DNA from: Eubacteriales bacterium
GTDB taxonomy: Bacteria; Bacillota; Clostridia; Oscillospirales; CAG-272
Reading direction: 5' to 3'
Assembly: GCA_045631365.1 (NCBI GenBank)
Contig: JAZQUQ010000371.1
Location: 1 to 24,143 of the forward strand
DNA length: 24,143 bases
Each line of letters opens with the position of its first letter. Position 1 is the stretch's first letter. Of this stretch, positions 7,770-16,883 are shown piece by piece. The notes beneath the pieces are model-generated. The model searched no databases. It had not been told where the DNA came from and saw nothing but the letters and a program-made list of their open reading frames with translations. Made by a program: the position numbers and the translations under genes.

Positions 7770-10700
7770 TCACCTCTGATGATAATAGGGGCGGCGCGTG
7801 TTTTTGCTTCCGCTGAGGTTGGGGGTATGGGCGGACAGCTTTCTTTGTTCCGTTTCTTCTTTGTCGCGGCGGATGATGAGGATTGCGGCAAAGACGGTGA
7901 CGACGAAGAGGATGCCTACGGTGAAATAGACTTCTAATCCTCGTTCGGGTGGGAGTTCCGCGGGGGGAGTGAACAGGGCTGCCATTGCTTCGGAGGGCAT
8001 TTCTCGGCTCCTCAGAGTGACAGACTGAATTTCAAGGACGGCGGATTCTCCCGAGTACACCATGACGCCGATATAATCCACGTTGGTTTTGCCTTCAAAG
8101 TCGGAAATGGGACATTGGACGGTATGAACTGTGCCGGGTTCCACATCGTTCAGGGGGTATTCGGCACGGATTCGTTCGTTTCCGATGACGAAGATCAAGG
8201 TGGAGGCTTCCGCTGTCTCGGCAACGGAGAAACGGAAGACCAGCTGATCGATGCCGCTGAAATCCATGGATTGGTTGAAATTTCGGAGGACGATGGCACT
8301 TGCCTTGCTGATTTCATAGTCGGAATACACCCTTGTGCGGAGGGCACGGCAGGAAATTCCTGCGGATTGGGAGAAGATTTCGCTTCGCTCCGTGCTGCAG
8401 CCGATTACGGTTCCCCCGGATACCCAGCCGTCATTGTGATACAGATTGGTGAAATCCCACACGGTGTAGCGGTAGTCGTTTTTTTCTTCCGGTTCTGCCG
8501 AGTCTGAGGTGTACTCTGCGTCGAGGGTGACGATTGTGCTGTTTTTGCCCCAGTCGCGGAGGTTTTTGAGGTTTCGGTAGAGCTGTTCCTTTCTTTCGTC
8601 TAAAATCCATCTTACGGAAAGGAAGACTGCCGTTGGATTTTGGGAAAGGACCTCTTCGCAAAGGGTATCGTATTCGGCGGTGATGCTTTCGGCGGAGGAG
8701 GCTTCGTTGGGGGTATAGAAATAGAGAATACCTTTTGCTTCACCGTTTACACCGAAGTGGGAAGAGGCATCGAAGAGACGTTTTGCGTCGGAAAGAAGGG
8801 CGTGGAAGGTCTCTTCTTCTTGCTTATCTTCGGAATAGAGGCAGTACATGACGTACCACGTGGGGCTGCCCATTCTCTTGTTGTGCCATGCCACCATTTG
8901 GTTGACGATATGATTATAGCTTCCGTTGGCGTTGTAGGGGATGATGATGCTTGTGTGGGAGGGCTCAAGGGTAGCGTTGACTGTATTGAAAGTAACGTTG
9001 ATTAAAGCGGACAGTTTCGCGGTATAGGCATAGATCGCCAAGGGGGTGTCTTCCGGGAAGGAGTCCGCGGAGTAGCTTACCGCGTTCCCCAGGATGATGC
9101 CGCTGACCGCATCCTGCATCAAGGCGCTGTCGTAGGTTAAAAAAGTGCGCAGGATTGCGGAATAGATCTCCATATCCCATGCATTGAGGGTGGAGATGTT
9201 GGTGAGAAAGTTGGTGTTTTTGTCGGTGATTCGAAGATACACGTCAAGGTTTGCGGAATGATAGAAGCCGATTTCGGTCAGAAGCTCTCCCATAAGGGCT
9301 GCATCCAGATAGACTGCGGTGCCGTCAGAGCCATAGGTTTTCACCGTGTTGGAATAAGGGAGGTGGGAGGCTTGACGGTCGGGGGGGACGGTTTGCGTTA
9401 CCAGACGGTCAAAGGGGACGTCTACGATGACGTGGGAGGCATTCGATTCGAAGGTTCCCACCACAGAGCCTCCTTCAATGCCTACGATGGAATGGCTGCT
9501 GCTTGTGGGGCTGCCGTACTCTGCACCTCTCGGCATGGAGATCAGGAGGGGGGAATGGTCTGCACCTTCTACGGTAACGCAGAACATGTGAGTTCCTGCG
9601 TATCGTGCGGTCAGCTCTGCATCCAAAATCAGCTCGAAATTCATGTACAGTTGGCTGCGGTGAAGTTCTGTTCCGTCGTAGACCGGCTGTCCGTTTTCAA
9701 TTTTTGATTCTGCTGTATAGGGGACTGCGTAGACTACAAGTTCGTCTTTTTTGTAGGTGTTGGTGATTTTTTGAGAGACACTTCCTTGAATCGTCAGGCG
9801 TCCGTTTTCGGGATTGACTGTGATTGCGGAAACATATCCGTTACCCGTTGCCTGAGGAGGGAGATCGGTTGTGAAAAGGATATCAATGGATTCGATGCAG
9901 ATTCCGTTTCCGCTGTACACGCTGTTTCGGAAGGACAGGCGGTAGGAAACCATGGCATCAGATGCTGTAAAGGGGAAGGAATACACAGCCCGTCCGTTCT
10001 GCATTGGCAGGGCACCGCATTCGGCATAGGTTATGAGATTGTTTTTTGCAGAACGGGAGCCCATGGAGAGGGTGCCTCCTTCAATATTACCCGAAAGGGT
10101 GACCAGCATGAAGGCTTGGGTTCCCTCGGCGGGAAGCTCGCTCAGGACGATATCGCCGTCCAGATCGGTTGAGTTTCCGTAAGGATGCACGGAGATGAGA
10201 CCGCCTGTTTCGGTGAGGCGTCCCCCTGTGATTTTAAAGAGAGAGGTATTGTATCGGCTGATGTAGTTCTTTTGCGTATCGTTATGGAAGAAAAGAGGGG
10301 AGATCCGGATTTTCTCGGGCACATCAACGGTATCGAATGAAAAGGTGACGGTGATGGATTCGATGGAGGATGCTTCGGTGATATCCATTCGGATTTCGTG
10401 CCATGCGTTGAGGGGAACCATTGCTTGAGTTGAGATTGTTTTGAGATTGTCGGACAGGGGGCATTCGATGGTGACACGGCAATAGCCGCTTGCGTTTTCT
10501 GCTTCGATATTCAGGGGAATGGTGAGGGTGGTATAGTTTTCTGCGTTTTCAGGTTCCGGATAGATCAGCTGCAGGGCGTTATCGGAGAAGGTGTCTCTGA
10601 AATTGAGTTGGAGGATGGTTGTGCCGTTGAGCTTTTGTCTGCTGGTACGAACGGTGCTTGACGAGACGGTCCACGAGCTCGAAAAGTTTTGATCCAGATA

Positions 10701-10862
10701 GGATTTGGATGGGTCCGGTTTTACGGTGCCGGTGGGGGCGGTGGTTTTCTTTACGTAGGAGGGAGTGTAAACCGTTTCCGCGGCCGACACGGCAAGTCCG
10801 AGAAACAAAGAAAAAACTGCAATTATAACAAGCATTTGCTTAATCCATATGGGGCGTTTCAA
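7770..10862 (-). CDS. Large secreted, C-terminally membrane-anchored protein; central region possibly DUF5722/glycoside-hydrolase-like barrel
   Basis: TTG start with GGAGG RBS, N-terminal signal peptide (...GLAVSAA), C-terminal TM segment plus a basic tail, 1030 aa. The domain call is by resemblance only. Confidence 0.75.
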   Translation of the reverse strand: MKRPIWIKQMLVIIAVFSLFLGLAVSAAETVYTPSYVKKTTAPTGTVKPDPSKSYLDQNFSSSWTVSSSTVRTSRQKLNGTTILQLNFRDTFSDNALQLIYPEPENAENYTTLTIPLNIEAENASGYCRVTIECPLSDNLKTISTQAMVPLNAWHEIRMDITEASSIESITVTFSFDTVDVPEKIRISPLFFHNDTQKNYISRYNTSLFKITGGRLTETGGLISVHPYGNSTDLDGDIVLSELPAEGTQAFMLVTLSGNIEGGTLSMGSRSAKNNLITYAECGALPMQNGRAVYSFPFTASDAMVSYRLSFRNSVYSGNGICIESIDILFTTDLPPQATGNGYVSAITVNPENGRLTIQGSVSQKITNTYKKDELVVYAVPYTAESKIENGQPVYDGTELHRSQLYMNFELILDAELTARYAGTHMFCVTVEGADHSPLLISMPRGAEYGSPTSSSHSIVGIEGGSVVGTFESNASHVIVDVPFDRLVTQTVPPDRQASHLPYSNTVKTYGSDGTAVYLDAALMGELLTEIGFYHSANLDVYLRITDKNTNFLTNISTLNAWDMEIYSAILRTFLTYDSALMQDAVSGIILGNAVSYSADSFPEDTPLAIYAYTAKLSALINVTFNTVNATLEPSHTSIIIPYNANGSYNHIVNQMVAWHNKRMGSPTWYVMYCLYSEDKQEEETFHALLSDAKRLFDASSHFGVNGEAKGILYFYTPNEASSAESITAEYDTLCEEVLSQNPTAVFLSVRWILDERKEQLYRNLKNLRDWGKNSTIVTLDAEYTSDSAEPEEKNDYRYTVWDFTNLYHNDGWVSGGTVIGCSTERSEIFSQSAGISCRALRTRVYSDYEISKASAIVLRNFNQSMDFSGIDQLVFRFSVAETAEASTLIFVIGNERIRAEYPLNDVEPGTVHTVQCPISDFEGKTNVDYIGVMVYSGESAVLEIQSVTLRSREMPSEAMAALFTPPAELPPERGLEVYFTVGILFVVTVFAAILIIRRDKEETEQRKLSAHTPNLSGSKNTRRPYYHQR

Positions 10863-10907
10863 GTTGACTTCCTCCGTTTCTTTTTGGATTATGACGTTAT
10901 TCTCCTT

Positions 10908-10936
10908 ATTATATCATATAAATTATGCTGAATCAA
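10908..10936 (-). promoter_or_regulatory. Sigma-A promoter of the 1030-aa gene
   Basis: Minus strand TTGATT, 17 bp, TATAAT, with an extended -10 TG. Confidence 0.7.
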
Positions 10937-11001
10937 TGCCGGACTTGTAAAATTGGGGGGAGCAATGGAGTTTCGCGGTCTTTTTTCAGATATTTAAACA
11001 G

Positions 11002-11038
11002 AAAAATCTCTCTGCCTTTTGTTGACAGAGAGATTTTT
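11002..11038 (-). terminator. Intrinsic terminator after mscS
   Basis: 13 bp inverted repeat AAAAATCTCTCTG/CAGAGAGATTTTT; potentially bidirectional. Confidence 0.8.
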
Positions 11039-11046
11039 TGGTGTTA

Positions 11047-11865
11047 TTACTTTTCTTCGGTATCTTTTGCGTAGTGGACGGTGATCTGGGGGAAGGGAAT
11101 TTCGATTTCGAACTGGTCGAATGCCTTCTTTACGTCTTCGTACATATCGAAGTTTACGGTCCAATAGTCACCGGATTTGCACCACACGCGGAGCTTCATG
11201 GTGATGGCGGAATCGCCGTGTGCTGCTACAAACACTGCAGGAGCAGGATCGGTAAGAACCAGGTCGTTATTCTTTGCAGCTGCGAGGAGAACCTTTCTTG
11301 CCAGATCCAGATCGGTGGAGTAGGACACGGTGAAGTCGAAATCCAGACGGCGGGTGTCGTGGGTGGAAAGGTTGGTGATGGAATTGTTTGTAAGGATGGA
11401 GTTGGGGATGACTACGTCACGGTTATCCCCTGTGGTCAGCTTGGTATAGTAGATGCCGATATCCTTTACCACACCATCGCCGTTGGGGGTTGTGATGAAA
11501 TCACCTACGTGGAAGGGGCGGCAGAACATGATGATAACGCCGCTTGCAATGTTGGAAAGCCCTCCCTGAAGTGCAAGACCGATTGCGATGCCGGCGGAAC
11601 CGAGAATTGCGATAAGGGATGCGGAGGGAACGCCGATGATTTCAACGACTACGATGATGACGATGATCTTGAGGAGTACGCTGAAGAAGTTGGCGCAGAA
11701 GGACTGAACATTTACATCCAGCTTGCTGTACCACTTGGTTTTTTGTGTCTGTTTGAGGATGAAGTCTGTCAGTTTGAAGCCGACGAGAAGGACGATCAGG
11801 GCGAAAATCAGGTTGATACCGAACTTGACAACGTAGGTGTTGACAAAATTCAAAAGCCATTCCAT
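11047..11865 (-). CDS. mscS: Small-conductance mechanosensitive channel
   Basis: Three TM helices; GIAIGLALQGGLSNIASG, PFHVGDFI, VVIPNS, IEIPFPQ. Confidence 0.93.
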   Translation of the reverse strand: MEWLLNFVNTYVVKFGINLIFALIVLLVGFKLTDFILKQTQKTKWYSKLDVNVQSFCANFFSVLLKIIVIIVVVEIIGVPSASLIAILGSAGIAIGLALQGGLSNIASGVIIMFCRPFHVGDFITTPNGDGVVKDIGIYYTKLTTGDNRDVVIPNSILTNNSITNLSTHDTRRLDFDFTVSYSTDLDLARKVLLAAAKNNDLVLTDPAPAVFVAAHGDSAITMKLRVWCKSGDYWTVNFDMYEDVKKAFDQFEIEIPFPQITVHYAKDTEEK

Positions 11866-11936
11866 AGAAAAGGTCTCCTTTTTATTTTTTTCGTAATATG
11901 TAGGCGATGATGGGATTCATTACCGCCGCTTCTTAT

Positions 11937-11965
11937 ATTATATCGTATTCTTTCGTAAATATCAA
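11937..11965 (-). promoter_or_regulatory. Sigma-A promoter of mscS
   Basis: Minus strand TTGATA, 17 bp, TATAAT. Confidence 0.7.
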
Positions 11966-11999
11966 GTATTCTTTCGGGATTGATTGATTTTTTTACGGT

Positions 12000-12518
12000 T
12001 CATTCAAACTTCAGGATATATTTGGATTCTTCGGTTTGGGTGTTGGCGTTTCGGTTGTTGCGGATTCCCGTTTCGGAAAGGGTCATTCCGATGTGCTTCA
12101 TGACTTTGGAGGAGGCTTGGTTTTGGCTGTCGCAGCAGGCATAGAGGAGCTTTAACGTGGGGATGGTTCGGGCGAAGTCTCGGACGGCAAGGGCGGCTTC
12201 CGTCATATAGCCGTGACCCCAATGGTCGCGGTGGAGAATCCAGCCCAGTTCTGCCTTGGTCATGGTTTCGTCCAATTCCAGCGAGATTTCCCCAATGTGT
12301 GTGTGGTTCCGTTCTATGGCGAAAAAATAATCGCGTTGGGGGATGCGGGCCATTTTTTCTTCCATTTTTATCAGTTCTGCCCGGGCTTCGGTAAGGTTTG
12401 CGTAGGGGAGGAAGAGCATATATTCCGTATTTTCGGGATTGCCTGCGTAGGCGAAGACTGTTGTCAGATCGTTTGTAGTCAGAGGGCGGAGAGTGAGGCG
12501 GGGTGTGGTGAGTGTCAT
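12000..12518 (-). CDS. GNAT N-acetyltransferase (RimJ/RimL family)
   Basis: TPRLTLRP N-terminus, ELGWILH..HWGHGYMTEAA, N.ASSKVMKHIGM. Confidence 0.88.
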   Translation of the reverse strand: MTLTTPRLTLRPLTTNDLTTVFAYAGNPENTEYMLFLPYANLTEARAELIKMEEKMARIPQRDYFFAIERNHTHIGEISLELDETMTKAELGWILHRDHWGHGYMTEAALAVRDFARTIPTLKLLYACCDSQNQASSKVMKHIGMTLSETGIRNNRNANTQTEESKYILKFE

Positions 12519-12550
12519 TTGGCTGCCTTTCTTGATGGAGAATTCTCTTG

Positions 12551-12600
12551 AAAAAACAACAGACCGGAGGTTGTTTTCTCCGGTCGTGTTTGTTTTTGCT
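12551..12600 (-). terminator. Intrinsic terminator after rplS
   Basis: GACCGGAG/CTCCGGTC stem flanked by A-rich and T-rich tracts. Confidence 0.75.
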
Positions 12601-12605
12601 TGAGA

Positions 12606-12953
12606 TTAGTTCTGGATCATTTCCTTAACCTTGGATGCCTTACCAACTCTGTCTCTGAGGTAGTACAGCTTGGAGCGTCTTACCTTACCGTAGCGGATTA
12701 CCTGTACAGCCGCAACGTTGGGAGAGTGGAGGGGGAAGGTCTTTTCTACACCGCAGCCATATGCTACGCGGCGTACTGTGAAGGTTTCGGAAATCCCGCC
12801 GCCATGACGTGCGATTACGGTTCCTTCAAACATCTGGATTCTTTCTCTTGTACCTTCAACAATCTTGTTGCTGATGCGGACGGTGTCACCGACCTTGAAG
12901 GAAGGTACTGTTTCCTTCAGCTGCTCATTTGTAAAAGCGTCGATCTTGTTCAT
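12606..12953 (-). CDS. rplS: 50S ribosomal protein L19
   Basis: [50 protein letters not shown] at 12953 with AAGGAGGAG RBS. Confidence 0.98.
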   Translation of the reverse strand: MNKIDAFTNEQLKETVPSFKVGDTVRISNKIVEGTRERIQMFEGTVIARHGGGISETFTVRRVAYGCGVEKTFPLHSPNVAAVQVIRYGKVRRSKLYYLRDRVGKASKVKEMIQN

Positions 12954-12977
12954 TTTTCGACTCCTCCTTAATAACAC

Positions 12978-13011
12978 GGAGCATTCATGCCGAGCCGCAG
13001 AGGACTGCTCC
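12978..13011 (-). promoter_or_regulatory. Probable L19 leader (autoregulatory hairpin)
   Basis: Minus strand GGAGCA-GTCCTCTGCGGCTCGGCATGAA-TGCTCC stem-loop between the promoter and the RBS of rplS. It resembles Firmicute rplS leaders as I remember them; not tested against Rfam. Confidence 0.5.
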
Positions 13012-13046
13012 TGAATTCGTGCCGTTTAGTGACACATACAGGATAT

Positions 13047-13075
13047 ATTATAGCACATTTCTTTTCGGATGGCAA
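13047..13075 (-). promoter_or_regulatory. Sigma-A promoter of rplS
   Basis: Minus strand TTGCCA, 17 bp, TATAAT, with an extended -10 TG. Confidence 0.8.
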
Positions 13076-13171
13076 GTCTTTTCGAAAATATTTTTCGTTT
13101 TTTTCGATCTTTTTTGGAAAATCGTTGGAATTCCCTTGGAAAATCGCGGGACGACAGGGGAGGGGGGCTTG

Positions 13172-13180
13172 TGATACAAT
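13172..13180 (+). promoter_or_regulatory. Extended -10 promoter candidate for the phage-like operon
   Basis: TG-A-TACAAT with no recognisable -35 element. Confidence 0.45.
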
Positions 13181-13314
13181 TTAGGCACAGGCAAGGAAAT
13201 CCGATGCCGTTCGGCGATGCGGAAACTTCATCGGGAGAGACCGAGTTTGATTGAAACTGCCGCCCATGACGGATGGCTGTGGATTTTCAATCCGCCTAAA
13301 GAAAGGAGAGAAGG

Positions 13315-13668
13315 ATTACGGAAGAGAAGAAGACGATGATTGCCCGTGAGATGATCCGTCGGCAGAACGTTGCTGAGGTTCTCCGCGAGCACGGGGTTTC
13401 CGAGGAAGAGTTTCTTCGGTGGCTGGAGGAGGGTGAGGTGGCGGAATACCTTTACCGTATGGCAAAGACCAAGGCGATGGCCAAGGTATCCGAGCTTTGG
13501 CTGAAGCTGGAGAAAATGGCTGCGGCGGGGGATTTGAAGGCCATGAAGCTGTACTATGATCTTTGCGATCGGATGCGATCGGAAGAAAAGGGCAGTGAGG
13601 TGGGTGCTGATCCCGAGATTGACAGAATCAGACAGGAGCTTTTCGGCAATGGGCAAGCAGAGCGCTGA
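13315..13668 (+). CDS. Terminase small subunit-like helix-turn-helix protein
   Basis: N-terminal HTH-like segment (VAEVLREHGVSEEEFLRWL) and a helical GDLKAMKLYYDL motif. It overlaps the TerL start. The start is ambiguous: ATT 13315 (with RBS) or ATG 13336. Confidence 0.7.
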   Translation: MTEEKKTMIAREMIRRQNVAEVLREHGVSEEEFLRWLEEGEVAEYLYRMAKTKAMAKVSELWLKLEKMAAAGDLKAMKLYYDLCDRMRSEEKGSEVGADPEIDRIRQELFGNGQAER

Positions 13669-14935
13669 GAAGTACGTATTCGGGGAAAAGCACCGTGAGT
13701 ACATGAGGCGTGCGGCTGTCTGCACGATCAACGTGGCGGAGGGTGCTGTCCGTGCGGGGAAAACCGTGGACAATGTATTCGTCTTTGCGGCGGAACTGGA
13801 ACGGTCGGCGGATCGGTTTCATCTTGCAAGCGGTTCCACTTTGGGAAATGCCAAGCTGAACATCGGGGACTGCAACGGGCTGGGGCTTGAGAACATTTTC
13901 CGAGGGCGTTCCAGATGGGGAAAGTACCGTGGGAATGAATGCATGATTGTTCAAACGGCTATGGGAGAGAAGGTCATCATTTTTGCGGGGGGGAAGAATG
14001 CGGATGCGTACAAGAGGATCCGAGGAAATTCCTATGGAATGTGGATTGCTACGGAGATTAACCTTCATGCGGATTCCTTTATTCGGGAGGCGTTCAACCG
14101 TCAGCTTGCCGCTGTACATCGGAAGGTTTTTTGGGATTTGAACCCTTCTGCTCCGAATTCTTTGATTTACCGTGAGTATATTGATCGGTATGCGGAGATG
14201 GGGGAAGAGAACTTTTTCAACTATGCCCGTTTTACCATCCGCGACAATCCTGTGATTTCTCCCGAGCGGCTTCGTGAGATTGAGGCGCAGTATGACAAGG
14301 CTTCCATTTGGTATCGGCGCGATATTTTGGGAGAGCGATGTGCTGCGGAGGGGGTGATTTATCATCTCTTTGCCAATGACCGAGCGAGGTTTACGGTGAA
14401 ATCCGTGGATGCGAATGCCATGGAATTTATCAACATCGGGGTGGACTTTGGCGGAAACCGATCGAAAACCACCTTTGTGGCTGCGGCGTTTCTTCGGGAT
14501 GGGACGATCTGCATTGTGAAGGATCATGCGGTCAGCGGAGGGAAGGGGGAGATTGATTCCCCGCGGATCAATGAAGAGCTCAGAGTGTTTATGGAAGGGT
14601 TGAGGAGGGATTTTCCCGGGGTGAGTATCCGATACGTTTTCTGTGACTCTGAGGCTCAGTATCTGATCAATGGTTTACGACGGAGTCTGCGAGGGTGCGG
14701 GACGGTGATTTCCGACTGCGCGAAGAAGAGGATCCGGGACCGTATTGCCTTTGTGAATTCCATGATGGCGGCGGGGAAGTTTATGCTTCTGGAACGGTGC
14801 AGCCTTGTGGCGGACGGTCTTGCCTGTGCGGTTTGGGATGACAGCGGAGAGGACAAGAGACTGGATGATTTTACCTCCGACATTGACATCCTGGATGCTA
14901 TGGAATATGCCATTGAACGGTATATGAAGCGGTGA
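13649..14935 (+). CDS. Terminase large subunit (PBSX-like)
   Basis: Walker A EGAVRAGKT, WDLNP coupling motif, nuclease acidic motifs IGVDFG, FCDSE and DIDILDAMEYAIE. ATG 13649 follows CAGGAG. Confidence 0.92.
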   Translation: MGKQSAEKYVFGEKHREYMRRAAVCTINVAEGAVRAGKTVDNVFVFAAELERSADRFHLASGSTLGNAKLNIGDCNGLGLENIFRGRSRWGKYRGNECMIVQTAMGEKVIIFAGGKNADAYKRIRGNSYGMWIATEINLHADSFIREAFNRQLAAVHRKVFWDLNPSAPNSLIYREYIDRYAEMGEENFFNYARFTIRDNPVISPERLREIEAQYDKASIWYRRDILGERCAAEGVIYHLFANDRARFTVKSVDANAMEFINIGVDFGGNRSKTTFVAAAFLRDGTICIVKDHAVSGGKGEIDSPRINEELRVFMEGLRRDFPGVSIRYVFCDSEAQYLINGLRRSLRGCGTVISDCAKKRIRDRIAFVNSMMAAGKFMLLERCSLVADGLACAVWDDSGEDKRLDDFTSDIDILDAMEYAIERYMKR

Positions 14936-15006
14936 TGGAAAGGAAGTTTTGCTGTTTTGCTGCCGTTTGAGTGGATGATTTTCAAAATTATTCTGTTGGA
15001 GGAAAA

Positions 15007-16398
15007 ATGAAAGAAGAAATATTAAAAATTCTCGCAGAACAGGTGGGCACTGCTGTGGGGATTGGCTGTTATGCCCGTATTGATGAGTGGCTGGCGTGGT
15101 GGAGAGGGACCTATCCTTCCTTCCATCTCTATTGGGAAAACGGGGTGGGAGGATATCCCATTCGCCGTGAGCTTTATCGCATGAACATGGCGAAGAAGAT
15201 TTGCGAGGATTGGGCGGCTATTCTGATGAACGACCGTACCTATGTGAATGTTCCTCACGAGCTTACTAAGCATTGGCTGGATACTCATCTTGGTGACGCT
15301 TTTTTTCGAGGAATGAACCGTTTGATTGAAAAGACCTTTGCTTCGGGGACGGGTGCTTGTCTGATTCGGCTCAATGGAGCGGAACTGGACGAGGATGGAA
15401 GAATTCTTCCCATAGTGGGGTTCCGAGGTGTGGGGGGACCTGAGATCTCTTTTGATTTTGTGGATGCCTCTCATATTATTCCCATTACGGTGCGAGGCGG
15501 GGAGATGATAGAAGCGGCGTTTGTTTCCGAAGTTCGCATACGTGGAGAGGCGTTGATTTATCTGGAAATTCACACGCTGGAGGAGGATGGGTACGTGATC
15601 CGTAACCGTCTTTACCGTCAGCAGGATGCCGTTCTTGAGGAAGTGCGAGGCGGTGGAGAGGCGGCGGCTGTGATCCGTACGGGATCCCGTATTCCGTTTT
15701 TCGCCATTCTGACGCCCAATCTTCTCAACCATATTGATGAGGGAAGCGGGATGGGGATTTCCGTTTTTGCGGATGCCATTGACTGTCTGAAAGGGGTGGA
15801 CTTAGCATTCAACAATTTCTGCCGCGACATTAAGCTGGGCGGAAAAAAGGTGTTTATCAATCAGTCTTTGATCTGCCGTGATGCGGATGGGAATGTATAT
15901 ACGCCCGATGACGTGGCTCAGCAGTTGTTTGTGACCGTTGGGGACACGGATATTGCGGACAATCCCATGATTACGGAGCATAATCCCGAGCTTCGCAGCA
16001 ATGAAAATGCGGATGCGGTGCAGAGTCAGCTTGATTACCTTTCCTTCCGCTGCGGGCTTGGTACACAGCATTATCAATTCCGTAATCTGAGGGGTGTGGC
16101 GAAGATGACTGCCACTCAGTATATGGGGGAAAAACAGGATCTTCGTCAGAATGCGGCGAAGCATGGGCAGAACCTTGGTTTATTCCTTCGCCGAATTGCG
16201 GAATGTGTGGTTTTCCTTGGGGAGGCGGTATATGGGCTTCCTTTGGACGGAACCGGTCTCAGTATTCGGTTTGACGACAGTTATTTCATTGACAGCGACA
16301 GCGAGCGAAGCCGTGATCTTCATGAGATGGAGCTTGGGGTGATGACGGCGGAGGAATTCCGTGAAAAATGGTACGGTACGCCTTTGGGAGGCGGTTGA
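15007..16398 (+). CDS. Phage portal protein (SPP1/A118-like)
   Basis: NMAKKICEDWA, GISVFADAIDCLKGVDLAFNNF and IRFDDSYFID..., EEFREKWYG C-terminus. It follows TerL. ATG 15007 follows GGAGG. Confidence 0.88.
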   Translation: MKEEILKILAEQVGTAVGIGCYARIDEWLAWWRGTYPSFHLYWENGVGGYPIRRELYRMNMAKKICEDWAAILMNDRTYVNVPHELTKHWLDTHLGDAFFRGMNRLIEKTFASGTGACLIRLNGAELDEDGRILPIVGFRGVGGPEISFDFVDASHIIPITVRGGEMIEAAFVSEVRIRGEALIYLEIHTLEEDGYVIRNRLYRQQDAVLEEVRGGGEAAAVIRTGSRIPFFAILTPNLLNHIDEGSGMGISVFADAIDCLKGVDLAFNNFCRDIKLGGKKVFINQSLICRDADGNVYTPDDVAQQLFVTVGDTDIADNPMITEHNPELRSNENADAVQSQLDYLSFRCGLGTQHYQFRNLRGVAKMTATQYMGEKQDLRQNAAKHGQNLGLFLRRIAECVVFLGEAVYGLPLDGTGLSIRFDDSYFIDSDSERSRDLHEMELGVMTAEEFREKWYGTPLGGG

Positions 16399-16412
16399 AA
16401 GGAGGTGACGGT

Positions 16413-16826
16413 ATGAGTGAATCCATCAAGAATTTGTTCGGAGAGGAAGCGATCAGCTATGAGGAGCTTATTCGCCGTGCGGAGGATGCCAAGGTGAAGA
16501 TCGGGGATCTTACGGAGGCGGAAGCGGCACATCGGAAGGAATTGGACGGGATTTGCATTTCCCATGCGTTGGAGCGAGGGCTTGAGAGACTTGGAGCGAA
16601 AAATGCGGACCTTGTTCGTCGTGCCATCCGACTTGAGACGGTATCTGTGGAAAACGGGAAGGTTGTGGGACTGGACGAGCAGCTTTCCGCTTTGCAGGCC
16701 AGCGACCCGTATCTGTTTCGTGAGCGAGAGACGGTTCGTACGGGGGGAGAGCATGGGCAATCCTTCCGTGACCCTGACAGCATGAGTGATGCGGATTTTT
16801 ACAAAATTCGATTTGGCTGCCGATAA
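16413..16826 (+). CDS. Capsid scaffolding protein (GP20-like)
   Basis: GAKNADLVRRAI, VVGLDEQLSALQASDPYLF and C-terminal MSDADFYK; located between portal and coat; RBS AAAGGAGGTG. Confidence 0.8.
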   Translation: MSESIKNLFGEEAISYEELIRRAEDAKVKIGDLTEAEAAHRKELDGICISHALERGLERLGAKNADLVRRAIRLETVSVENGKVVGLDEQLSALQASDPYLFRERETVRTGGEHGQSFRDPDSMSDADFYKIRFGCR

Positions 16827-16855
16827 TTGGCAGAAAAAACTACATTTTATATTAT
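16827..16855 (+). promoter_or_regulatory. Possible internal sigma-A promoter upstream of the coat gene
   Basis: TTGGCA (16827-16832), 17 bp, TATTAT (16850-16855), in an AT-rich 57 bp gap. Confidence 0.45.
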
Positions 16856-16883
16856 TATTTTCAAACAAGAAAGGATTTTTATT

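Noticed and set aside
10950-10966. AAATTGGGGGGAGCAA resembling the repeat-arm terminus
   Set aside because: It has no accompanying hairpin or tail and is too short to call.
11901-11930. GGCGATG-containing hairpin in the mscS leader, resembling a fluoride riboswitch
   Set aside because: The GGCGATG is on the non-transcribed strand and the pseudoknot elements are missing; only a simple hairpin is supported.
13233-13245. GGGAGAGACC resembling the start of a glycine riboswitch
   Set aside because: The downstream GCCGAAGG and CTCTCAGG elements are absent.
14035-14070. TerL Walker B region reads WIATE rather than hhhhDE
   Set aside because: I recall this variant in other Firmicute terminases, so it is not treated as evidence of inactivation; an alignment is needed to confirm.
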